A stretch of 64,000 nucleotides of DNA, taken from NCBI RefSeq assembly GCF_006345805.1, contig NC_042998.1, forward strand, positions 165,106,001-165,170,000, read 5' to 3'. Under the pieces are notes generated by a model, which made no database searches, was not told where the DNA came from, and worked only from the letters and a program-made list of their open reading frames with translations. The first letter of the stretch is position 1. Every line of letters begins with the position of its first letter. A program made the translations under genes and the position numbers. Below are positions 52,958 to 64,000 of this stretch, one piece after another. This stretch comes from Octopus sinensis (Eukaryota).

Positions 52958-53170
52958 TACATGTGTGGGAACTTCTGTCTGTGGGTGTGTTTGTAGAGTT
53001 GTTAGCTAACTCCCCTAACATCGTTTTATCGATTTTGATGAAACTTGTCGCATGAGTAGAACTCATTTCTGGAAATCTCATGACATACTCAGATTGTTGA
53101 AAAAAAATCGATAATAGGGCCCCTGGAAGGAATCCTTCCATATAACTAATATATTTTATTTTAAAAAACA
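52955..53170 (+). mobile_element. Probable Helitron-like 5' fragment
   Basis: gtctgtgggtgtgtttg..taactcc..atcgattttgatgaaactt resembles non-autonomous Helitron 5' regions; no 3' CTAG found. Confidence 0.4.
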
Positions 53171-53513
53171 AGGGAAATAACCATTCATTTTCCTAAATTA
53201 TTTGGTAAAAATGAAATTGAGTATAAGTTATTTTCACAATTTATCCAGTACAACCTTTAAACAAGTAAAAAGTAGTTTCCTAAACAATAGATTCACTTAT
53301 TTCGGTTAGTGACTTATTCACGAATATACCAACAATAGCGCCCCTTAAGGTAATATTCTCTGAGATATTTACTTTGAATTGTTATTATCTCATACCTGAT
53401 TAGCCTGTTATTACGTAACATGCTTCACGATTAGGGAGACAATTATGAGAACGGAACGAAGGAGTAAGCCCCGCTTTCCCGTGAATTACCGGGTAAGTCA
53501 GCTAGTATACACA

Positions 53514-53542
<29 letters not shown>

Positions 53543-53545
<3 letters not shown>

Positions 53546-54389
53546 CTTGCGATGGGTAAATTGTTGCCATTTTATATCTTTAATTTCGCGCATACGCATT
53601 GTTTGTTTTTCCTTTTGTCAACTATACAGTATAGTGGAGTCAGTTAGACACCGTCTCTGAGAAAAATAGCACTATGGCGCAATTCACTTTGCCAGAAATT
53701 TGGAAACGACATGCTATACTGCTTGGAATTCGCGCCAGAAGCTCCAGTACTAACATTTCAGAGTGTTTGGGTATCAATCTGAGAACACGCACCAAGAGTG
53801 ATAAAAATCAAACATTCAGTCAACATCATGGTGTTTGGAATGATCACTATTGATGGCGACTTTGTGCCTCCATTCATCTTTCCACACGGCCTCACACTCA
53901 GAACGGAGGCCTACATCAAGTGCCTGGAGGTGGTAGTGCTGCCCTTGGTCAAGAGGGTGACTGCTGGAAGACCTTATGTTGGCAACAGGACTCTGCACCA
54001 TGCCATACAAGCAGGAGAACCCAGTCATAACTGTCAGACAATTTATGCGACCACATCACCCCTAACTCCCCAGACTGCAACCCTCTTGATTATTATGCGT
54101 GTGGCGCAGTTGCAGAAAGATAAAAAAAAAACTCCTTGTAACACTAAAGATGACCCGAAGGTACCGACTGTTGCACAATTCACCAACTTAAACAAGGAGA
54201 CCTACCAGAAGAGTTGCAAGTCGTCTGTAGGCCGTGGTTCAAGCCAATGGAGTTTTTATTGAATAAATTTACTCTTTAATATTTCAAGATATTTTTATGT
54301 AATTTTGGTAAATATATCTGTTAAAATGAGATGTTGGTGCTATTTTCTTTTTTGCGTAATTTAGACGATAGTTTATTCACTGCACCTTG
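53543..54389 (+). mobile_element. Non-autonomous maT-type mariner copy 3, both ends present
   Basis: MAQFTLPEIWKRH.. then IKIKHSVNIMVFGMITIDGDFVPPFIFPHGL..; right end tttattcactgcaccttg followed by TA. Confidence 0.85.
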
Positions 54390-54539
54390 TATATGCGTGT
54401 ATGTATATGTATATCAAATTCTGAAGGACTACTCATTTTCCCATATGAGGTAGCGGTAACGTCACGCCGATCAGATATGTTCCTACTATTCTGCTATCCA
54501 GGAATGCAAAAGCAATCACTATCGTTTAACTTTCAACGT

Positions 54540-54790
54540 CTTGAAAGGATAGACTTGACATTTCTCATCAGCTGAAGAAAGCCAAATATCAGGACTTGGT
54601 CAACGAAGCAATTGTCAAGGTTTTATTCTCTGTTGAGGTCGGTTGCCATGACTTTCCAAATGGGTCGGTGCTTTATTTCTTGAAGAAGTGTGCCCAGGCA
54701 GTCAAAGAAAGTCACCGAGAAGATAGGCAGCTGAAACCGGCTCAAAGGCGCTATGATTCATAAGAGAAGACAGCTAGAACCCTTTCGCAG
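54540..54790 (+). mobile_element. REL-endonuclease 3' fragment, Hero/NeSL-like non-LTR retroposon
   Basis: ERID..SHQLKKAKYQDLVNE..VEVGCHDF resembles the K..KY..L..VEVG.RGF REL C-terminus. Confidence 0.65.
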
Positions 54791-55512
54791 GTAAAACGTT
54801 TTAGTTAAGGGGCAAAACACTTGTAACTCTATCCAACCTGCTGATGATATAGACGTGCTTTCGAAATTTTCGATGTATTCAGGGAAGCTTGCGAAAGCCT
54901 TGATTAGCTCTTGCAGTTTTTGAATGGGTTAAGGTATCTCCGATGCTTGTTTTTCCCCTTTACATACATACATACATACTACATACAGCATGCATGCATG
55001 CATATATGCATAATACATATATGCATACATACATATATACATACATACATACATACATACAGCATGCATGCATATACATAATACATACATACATACATAC
55101 ATGCATACATGCATACATACATACATACATACATACATACATACATACATACATACATGCATACATGCATACATACATACATACATACATACATACATAC
55201 ATACATACATACATACATACATACCTGCTTAAATACCAATCATGAGACTTTAGACTTCTCAAAATCAGAATGGTAAAATCTGATTCGAAGATTACAGATC
55301 GAAGCTGTAAAACTTTCCAGAAGTTTGTCATTTAAGTATAGGTGCACATGTCTAGATATGCAACTATGTTCATGAGAATACATACATAAGACAAGACATT
55401 CAAATCTATCTGCACATGCACTGTTGCCAAGTACTTCACATGTACACAAATACATATAAAAATACCCTATTGATGTTGATTATTTCCTCTATATATGTAT
55501 ATATATATATAT

Positions 55513-55933
55513 AAAGGAAGTGAAGAAAATGCTGACAAAATAATTTAAGTAAGGGAGAGTGTATTTAATTAGGTGAAAGTTCTTTTTACCGGTTGCGCAT
55601 TTGTTATGCTTATCAAAATATATTTTGAGTGAGTTAGTTCCTTTCTGATTGATTTTTTTCTCTTATCGATTAACTTTCAACGCCTTGAAAGGATAGACTT
55701 GACATTTCTCATCAGCTGAAGAAAGCCAAATATCAGGACTTGGTCAACGAAGCAATTGTCAAGGCTTTATTCTCTGTTGAGGTCGGCTAGAAAAAAATCA
55801 ATCAGAAAGGAACTAACTCACTCAAAATATCTTTTGATAAGCATAACAAATGCGCAACCGGTAAAAAGAACTTTCACCTAATTAAATACACTCTCCCTTA
55901 CTTAAATTATTTTGTCAGCATTTTCTTCATTTC

Positions 55934-55937
<4 letters not shown>
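55513..55937. mobile_element. Fold-back element with 149-bp arms and a captured 125-bp local sequence
   Basis: Arms 55513-55661 / 55789-55937 identical at 147/149; spacer 55664-55788 matches 54520-54644 at 121/125; flanked by (TA)n; arm carries HHR relic TTGATAA-gcat-aacaa-atgc-GCAAC-CG-GTA. Confidence 0.9.
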
Positions 55938-55970
<33 letters not shown>

Positions 55971-55989
55971 CATACATATTTATATATGC

Positions 55990-56200
55990 AAGCGTTTATG
56001 TTTATGCTTGTCCCTCATTTCGCTTACCAATCGATGTAGGTTCGTTTACGTTCCCGTACCCTAGTGATTCGGCAAAAGGAACCGATAGAATAAGTACCAG
56101 GTTTTAAAATAAATACTGAGGTTGACTTGCTCGACCAAACCGTGCAATGCAGTGTTCCAGCATGACCACAAGCTAATAAGTGAAACACGAGCAGGGAGAG
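55990..56200 (+). mobile_element. Older SINE family B, 3' half
   Basis: ttcggcaaaaggaaccgatagaataagtaccagg. Confidence 0.65.
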
Positions 56201-56764
56201 TAAAGATGATATATATCGGACGTATGTTCATTCATCCATACAAAAATGCATAAGCACATAAACACACACACAGATACACACACACACACAAGCACGCACG
56301 CACCACACACACACCACAACACACACACACACAAGCACGCACGCACACACACACACACACACCACACACACACACACACACACTCCTATGCTTGTGTGTA
56401 TGTGTGAATATATGTGTGTACAGTGAAAGGGAGAGATGGAATGAGAGTTAAATAGGTACTGAAATACTTATGGCATTGAGCTATAAAAATGAGTCGGTAA
56501 AACACTGCACATGTTTTGAGGTAAAACAGTTGGTGAATGAAAATTTGTGTAGAAAAGCTAAGCACAGACTTAACTTCATTTTCCATTTCCCAAATATGAG
56601 ATGATTTATTAAATGATTGGATTACGGGATCATTAGCTGCCTTTCCAAGTGTCATATATATATAGTCAATTATATTTTTTGGTCATCTAGAAGCCCTGAA
56701 TAGGAATGAAAAAAATTCGAACCACAAGCTGAACTAAAAAAAAGATAAATAAATAAATGTCGAT

Positions 56765-56981
56765 TACGAGTAATTTCAGAGTTTGGCAGAGACCGCCCCC
56801 CCCCCATTTTTGGGGAAGGGATCAAATCAATTACATCAACTGGAACTTATTTTATCGACCCCGAAAAGTAAAAAAAAAAAAAAGCAGACCGCGGTGGAAC
56901 TTGAACTTAGAATGTAAAGACGGACGAAATGCAGCTTTGCATTTTATCTCGTGCGCTAGCGATTCTGCCAGCTTACCGCCA
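56765..56981 (-). mobile_element. SINE family A
   Basis: ttttatcgaccccgaaa...cgtgcgctagcgattctgccagcttaccgcc. Confidence 0.8.
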
Positions 56982-58672
56982 TAGTGTTTATATGTTAATA
57001 GTAACAGTATATCTTTTTGCGAAATATTTGTTCATAAATGAATTATGCAGTATTAAAAGTGCTAACGAAACATTTGGATAACCTTTTATTCAAATATATA
57101 CAGGTTAAGTTAGATAATCATACATAGAGAAAAATAGAAAGATTGATGCGACTGAGTTTGTGATACATTCAAGGAAAACAGAAAATAATATTTTGAGATA
57201 AAGATATCGTTGTTTTAAAATTTAGCTGTTTAGAATAAGGTAAACGTGAGTGAGAAGATCATAGAGAAAATGAAAGGAGAAACGAAGACAGAGAAAGGAG
57301 ATTAGTTTGTAAGACTGTAATGGTGTGCTTAAATTACAACTGATATTTAAGCTTGTTACTTTTACAACAGAATTCACCTGTGTAAATTAAATAAATATTT
57401 GCTTCTGTTATCAAAGAGAATCATGCCTTTGAAAACTTTGCAGACTCTTTAGTAATTGATCGATTAGATAAACGTAGGTGTAGGAGGTAATCAGAAGAAC
57501 AGAGACATTCTTCTTTGAATTGCAATTTTCAGCAAATTAAATTGCATATGTAATCTATGATTGGTTCAGCTTTACTAAAGAGAATCAATTCTGAAGAACA
57601 CCAGCTTTCTCAGACACATTAGTAAATCGGAATTTATTCGTCCACATACATTTGAGAAAGCAGTTTTCAATTTACTACTGATCCTATTGGCTGCCGAATA
57701 AATTCAAAGAAACTGTTCAAATGATTTACTGCTTCAATGAACCAGCAACGCACGTGTTCTGTTGCTACCCGTATCGACTACGAATTCTCCCGCGTATTCT
57801 GTTGATCTGATCAAGTGGCCTTTGTTAGTCAACTGCTGCAATCTGAGTTTACGTTGGAATCCGTTCGCTGGAGCGAATGAGGTACCTTTTCTGATGTGGC
57901 CTCAGAACAGTTGCGAATAGATAAAACGTTTATTGCACGATTTGACAAGCAAAGTAAAACTCAGTCATGCGTAACAGTCCGACTTGTTAAGTGGTTTTTC
58001 AGCGAGAGCAATAGAAACTGTGAGTTATTTCTGTAGCAGCAAGAAACTAGAATCCGTTCTGATGACTCTTTTATTTTAATGTTTTATAATTATAGAGTTG
58101 CTAGATCGCTAGAGAATGAACTCTTTAGCAGTGCACTAAAGCATAGTATGCTTTGACATTTCAACAAAAGCAGTCAACGTAAAGGAATAGACCAATATAT
58201 TATAAACCCAGCTTGCTTTCCTGTGCAGCCATTCTGCTGCAATTCTTGTTACGTGTATCTCAACTATTCAGCAAAATAGAAAGAGAGGAAACTTAACAGA
58301 TAGTTATTACAGTTGACCGCTTTAAATCAGAATTTTACGATGTATTTCCAAAGAAAAAAAGATCTCTAAAATATCAAACAAGAAAAAAATAAATCGACGA
58401 AATAAACTAAAGTCCCTTTGACAGAAAGTTGGTTCCCTGTAAGAGAAATTGAAGCTAAAAAATATAAGAAAATAAAATAACAGTTCGGCATTGTCCTGTG
58501 CAAAAAGAAAAATGAAAGCGTGGTAAATTGACGCTGCCCGTTGTGAGAGAAACTTTAGATCTCTGCAGTGAATCTAAAATGGAGTGCAATCGAGTGTTAA
58601 CACTGCTGCAGCCAAGTATATCACGTCGCTCAAATACATGCATACATACACACATACACATATCTAAATACT

Positions 58673-58726
<54 letters not shown>

Positions 58727-60437
58727 CTTATATACATTCCTTAACCGTCTAGTTAAATAGATGGAGAAAAGCACAGACTTTCTTCAAAATAGAAAGCATT
58801 GATGCTGAGCACCGATTTTAATGTTAGCAAACCTCAAAACAATGCAGAAGATTTTAGAAAAAAACCCCCGTGGTATTGATTTTCTGGATGGTCTTTCATG
58901 TACTTTTACACACTTTGGTTTACAACAGAAATTCTGAGTTTTCCTTAAAACCTCGTATGATGAATTTTAAGTGAGAATTTCTAATTCCTTTTGATAGCAT
59001 ATGCTCCTGACATTGCAAAGCACAAAACTTGACGACAACACCCAAATAGATCACCCAAACCGAGTCGTTGTTTTATTTTATAACTACCGTTAATGTCTGC
59101 CGACTGAAATAAAATACACATACAGTTGAAAAGTTGAGACCTTATCATTTGTATCTTACTGGAAGAGTCAAAGAAAGGTAAGACAATTGTTGACATAGAG
59201 CATGATGGGTGAAAATTTAATAATATATAAAAATACTATTGGAGATGAATTGATGGTTACTTATCACTCAGATTCGAGGCAACAACTAGTACATTTCCTC
59301 TCTAGTTTTATACAAAGAACTAAAAGAAAGATGATGTTTAACCTTTTCACAGTGGCCACGTTGTTGTTTAAAACTCGAGTAGGTTTTGTTTCTTCAGCTT
59401 CTCATTTAGAAAAGAAGTGACTGATGTACTCACTCTTCTTTTTATGTTTTTCTGTTAATTATAGCTAGAAGTTGCACTCAGAAACGACGCCTGGTTTCAG
59501 CACTTACAGTAGAGTAGAGAAGACTCAGCTAAATTATGAGAAGACCCACGACTAAAATTTTGGTGTGTATCACTTATGACTAAAGCTCCCCCCCCCCAGC
59601 TGACTTTCACACAGCTTCCACCTGCCAAATTTCACTTACAAATAATTCATAGAACGAAATCTACGATACGGGGCACATGGATTTCGAAAGGAACTTCTTG
59701 ACCACTCACTTATGCTAAACACGTCAAATCAAAAGCGTAGCGCCGTTATTGAAGGTACTGAATGCAGATTCTTCCATAATCTACAGTCATGTACAACAAC
59801 ATGTACAAAAACACTCAATGTTGAGTTTCTTAGGAATATTTGGAATTCCCTTTACAGATTAAAGATTAACGAATATGCTGCACGGCAGAGTAGATATATA
59901 TGTCTATCGTTTCATTTTGCTTAAATACCTTCAGATATTTAGGCGTTATTCCTAATTCTGCGTAATTCTTTTGAAGGAAATTGTAAGAAAATGCATTTGA
60001 ACCTTTTCTAAAGTTACAAACACACACAGATACACACATATAAACATGACACCTGGTGTTATGTCCTGTTAATTGGATTTGTATTTGTGGAACATTTCTC
60101 TGCTTTTTTTTATTATGTCCTTGTTTTTGTATACGTTCGCTGCTTTCTTCCAAGGAATCTAATGCTCTTAGCTTATTTTTTCATTGGGGCTGGCCAGATT
60201 GGAGCAATCTCGAGTGTAACCTGCCGAAATTGCAGAGATAATCTGGAACTCGAATGAGGATAGAAAACTCCGAACGACCCGTCCTTGTTTTCCTTGTGTC
60301 TGGATGTTTTGCGTTCTTGTCCTATTCTTGTATTTTTATACACACACACACCACACACACACACACCACACACACAAACAAACAAACACACACACACACA
60401 TAAACACACACACAAATATATATATATATATACAGAT

Positions 60438-60500
60438 AAATTCCTCTATTTACATAATATCGAGGTCTCTTTCTTTTGTTATCTTACCACTTTTATCATA
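60438..60500 (-). repeat. Short TA-embedded repeat, inverted homolog of 25200-25263
   Basis: ttcctctatttacataatatcgaggtctctttc..ttttgttatctta. Confidence 0.7.
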
Positions 60501-61184
60501 TATATATATATATATACACTTAATCCGATAAAAACGTTGATAATTGTTAAAACTGCTTCTATATTGTAATGTTTGATCTGGAAGTATTAACACTATGAGT
60601 AAAATAGTTGAGAATCTTGATATGTAATAAGATCCTTATAAGCTTGAACACTTGTTTATGTCCACGTATGTATACATACATCCATCCATAAATGCTCACC
60701 CATCTATACACATATATATCACACTTGCGTGGAAATGTGTGTGTGTGTGTGCGTGCATGTGTGTAAGGTATTGGCTAACAATAGGCTATGAAAGAAGACA
60801 ATTGCTTAAGGTTCTTCATTGTGGAATCTAATCCAGAAGCATGCATTTGCGAAAGCAACTTGCTATTTATACACAGATTTTGATGAAAGCCTTTTAGTTA
60901 TGAGTATCCCGTTTTTTATTTCTAGAATAGAATACATTATCGAATATACCATGATTTTTATAAGATACAAAGGGCAAGAGACGCTTTGGTTGTCTGAGAT
61001 TAGTGATAACGAAGGCAGGGGTGAAGATTAACCTAAACTTTCGAAAATTAATGCTGTCAGAGAAGACAACTGGAGGGTGTTAAAGAGCTGCAGTTCCTTG
61101 GAGAAAGGAATTATTTTGTAAAGATACATACATACATACACACATACATACATACATACATACATACATACATACATACATACA

Positions 61185-61217
<33 letters not shown>

Positions 61218-62969
61218 TTTATATAATATATTATTATTAATATCAGGAAATCAATATTAGAAAATTCTTCAGAAAGATATATACGTGTGTAAAATAATTG
61301 TTGTATTAAAAATATAAATATATATAAATATATGTAAATATGTATGAGTGTAAATACATAATAATGACATTTTAAAAGTTATGAATTAAGTTTTTAAAGC
61401 ATCTTACGATCGTTTCGCAGTAGTGCTGTCTCTATAATGGAATCCTATATAGATAAGCATTTATAGACAACTCTTCTGATCTTCAGAGACATAAAATATG
61501 AAATGTGTATAACTTATCGAATGGTAGGTTTTTAAAAATATGAAGTAATATACGAAAATGGTGTTTGTTTGAAATATAAAATAAAATTAAAAATTACTGC
61601 TTTTGATTTTGGTAAGTACACTTTAGTATGATAGTCTTTAAATCCATATATGCTTCCTTGGTAATTCTTCTGTAATAATCCATACATACATACATAGAAG
61701 AAGAAAGTCAGGGTATTAAATGATTTGGAGAGAAGAGTACATAGTTTACTAGCTCGTAGACGGACTATTATGAGCTATATAAAAAATAGAAAGAGTCAAT
61801 ATATTGGCTGACTAGAGTTGGAGCTGTGTTCTATTCAGTTACACACAGTGTGTGTTTGTAGTTGGGCGTGAACATATTTGAGTGTGAATGTGTCAAGAAA
61901 TTGCATCGTTTCAGATATGTGAACACTATCCGACTGTTAATCAATCATTCATATGCAGTTATATTTGGCATTGAAGAAGACTAGCATTTGATATTGCAGT
62001 CTTCACATTTATATATATTTTCCAAATGGTAGTCTATCAAAGATTGCATGGCAAAGAATCTGTAAAGTTTGTCATGACTTTAGCTTATTCTTCTTGAATA
62101 TGAATGGATGTGTTTACAACAATGAAATACCTTCTTGATCTTATAGATAATACAGATTACTGAACCTGTTGATTAACAGGAAAATAACACTGATAAAATT
62201 TCTTTTTCTGCTTTTTTGGGGGGGTCAATAAGTGTTATTTATATTTGCTTCTATCTAAAAATTAAAAGGAATGATTTCTATTTCTTTCAAACTTTGCTTT
62301 TGTGACTAGGACATCAATGCTTTGAAACTGATCTATTTTCTATTACATTTCAGAGATTCAGCACTGAGTTGCAGATACAGAAATATCGTTATAACAAATA
62401 TTCTGCTCCGGACAACAGATTCGCTTGTCAGTTGCTTGACTATAACCGCTTGAGCATGTCCCTTAGTAGCTGACAGTATGTGCATCTCTGATCAGGAATA
62501 ATGAGCAGGAATAGTGGCGGAGCATCCTAGCCATGTGTTGAGTGGAATTCTTTGGAGTTTTCAAACTCCAATGTAGCAAAAGTCGGAAGAAGATATTAGC
62601 AATTCTTCATACTTTCTAGGGGTAAGCAAATAGGAAATTTCAGTTGCTACCCAAGGAAAAAACTTTATACAGTGTAATCATTAAGATAATGAACATTGAT
62701 AAATAGCGAAAAATGGAGACTGTTAAAATTTTGTTAATAACAAAAACTCACCACCTTGCCTGCGCATTTGTCATTATGAGACATAGTCAAGAGTGTAACG
62801 GCTGTGATTATAAAACTAGAGTTATCTGGGACAAAAGCAACAAAAACTACAACGGCAATAAAAATAATAATAACCATAATGATACGTTGATTATAATTTA
62901 TACATATACTTTCATGCTTATCATTGTGTGTGTGTGACTGTTTGTGTGAATGCCTACGCATTCTATCAT

Positions 62970-63005
<36 letters not shown>

Positions 63006-63117
63006 CTGTATAAACACATAAATACAGACGTGCAAACATATACGTATGTACAAATGTATGCATTTGCGTATATAAATATGTATCTGTCTCTGTGTTTGAT
63101 TATCTACCTGGAATTCT

Positions 63118-63119
<2 letters not shown>

Positions 63120-63162
<43 letters not shown>

Positions 63163-63179
63163 GAATACACATATACTTC

Positions 63180-63246
<67 letters not shown>

Positions 63247-63456
63247 CATGCACACACGCGCACGCATACACGCAGGCACACAGAAATCAGCATAGATATA
63301 CGGTTGACTATGCACAGACACATATCGCATTCATAGATTTTCATATATGTCTAAATATGTATTATCTGTGCTGTGGTATAGCTTCATATCTTTAGCAGTG
63401 TGCATGTATGTAAATCTTCTACAACAAATTAAATCTGTATTTCAAAACACACACAC

Positions 63457-63505
<49 letters not shown>

Positions 63506-63631
63506 ATTTACACAGATGCATTTATATACACATACGCACATATATTCGCGTTCATTTAGGCGTGATTATTACGAAACAGTTCTCATTATAAAGCGAGTAT
63601 TAAACTATATATTCTATACACACAGATGCCA

Positions 63632-63666
<35 letters not shown>

Positions 63667-63720
63667 TACATATATACATGCATGTATTTATATACATATA
63701 TATACAAAAATATATACATG

Positions 63721-63755
<35 letters not shown>

Positions 63756-64000
63756 ATACATAAATATATGCATACATATATACAACATATACACATATGT
63801 ATATACATATATATACAAAAATATATACATGTATATATATATGCGTATATGTGCATATATTTATAATTATATATATATATATATAAATATACATATATAC
63901 ATGCATGTATTTATATACATACATATGTATGCATATATGTTTGTACATATATATATATATATATACACACATACATACATAAATACATACACATGTGTGT
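63120..64000. repeat. Compound (CTAT)n/(TA)n/(CA)n microsatellite field
   Basis: Direct reading. Confidence 0.9.

Noticed and set aside
58957-59012. ATGATGA...CTGA, C/D-box snoRNA-like
   Set aside because: No terminal stem and no recognisable antisense guide.
59936-59983. Good acceptor/donor pair (ccttcag ... gtaaga)
   Set aside because: Stops in all three frames; no support for a non-coding exon.

Overview
Eukaryotic, AT-rich, extremely microsatellite-dense DNA. From recall of the SINE families (no search run), it looks like an octopus-type coleoid cephalopod intron or intergenic region. I found no confident host protein-coding exon, and almost all ORFs in the track are translations of (TA)n/(CA)n/(TAA)n/(CTAT)n repeats. 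The window is a dense collection of decayed and non-autonomous mobile elements. These include about 25 tRNA-derived SINE copies from at least 4 families and three R4/Dong-like REL retroposon fragments stacked in a (TAA)n tract. There is also one Hero/NeSL-like REL fragment and an ORF1-only (HAL1-like) L1/Tx1-type insert with a 16-bp target-site duplication (TSD) inside a SINE head. Penelope-like elements (PLEs) are represented by GIY-YIG fragments, one with a twin-priming-type inversion. DNA elements are two DD37D (maT-type) mariner families, non-autonomous Helitrons and MITEs. The most interesting theme is a set of fold-back (inverted-repeat) elements in or next to (TA)n tracts, several with arms carrying PLE-type minimal hammerhead-ribozyme (HHR) motifs. 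One retains an intact catalytic core (7947-8034, minus strand). Another (55513-55937) has 147/149-identical arms enclosing a 125-bp copy (121/125 identical) of sequence 1.1 kb upstream. Coordinates of decayed elements are approximate.
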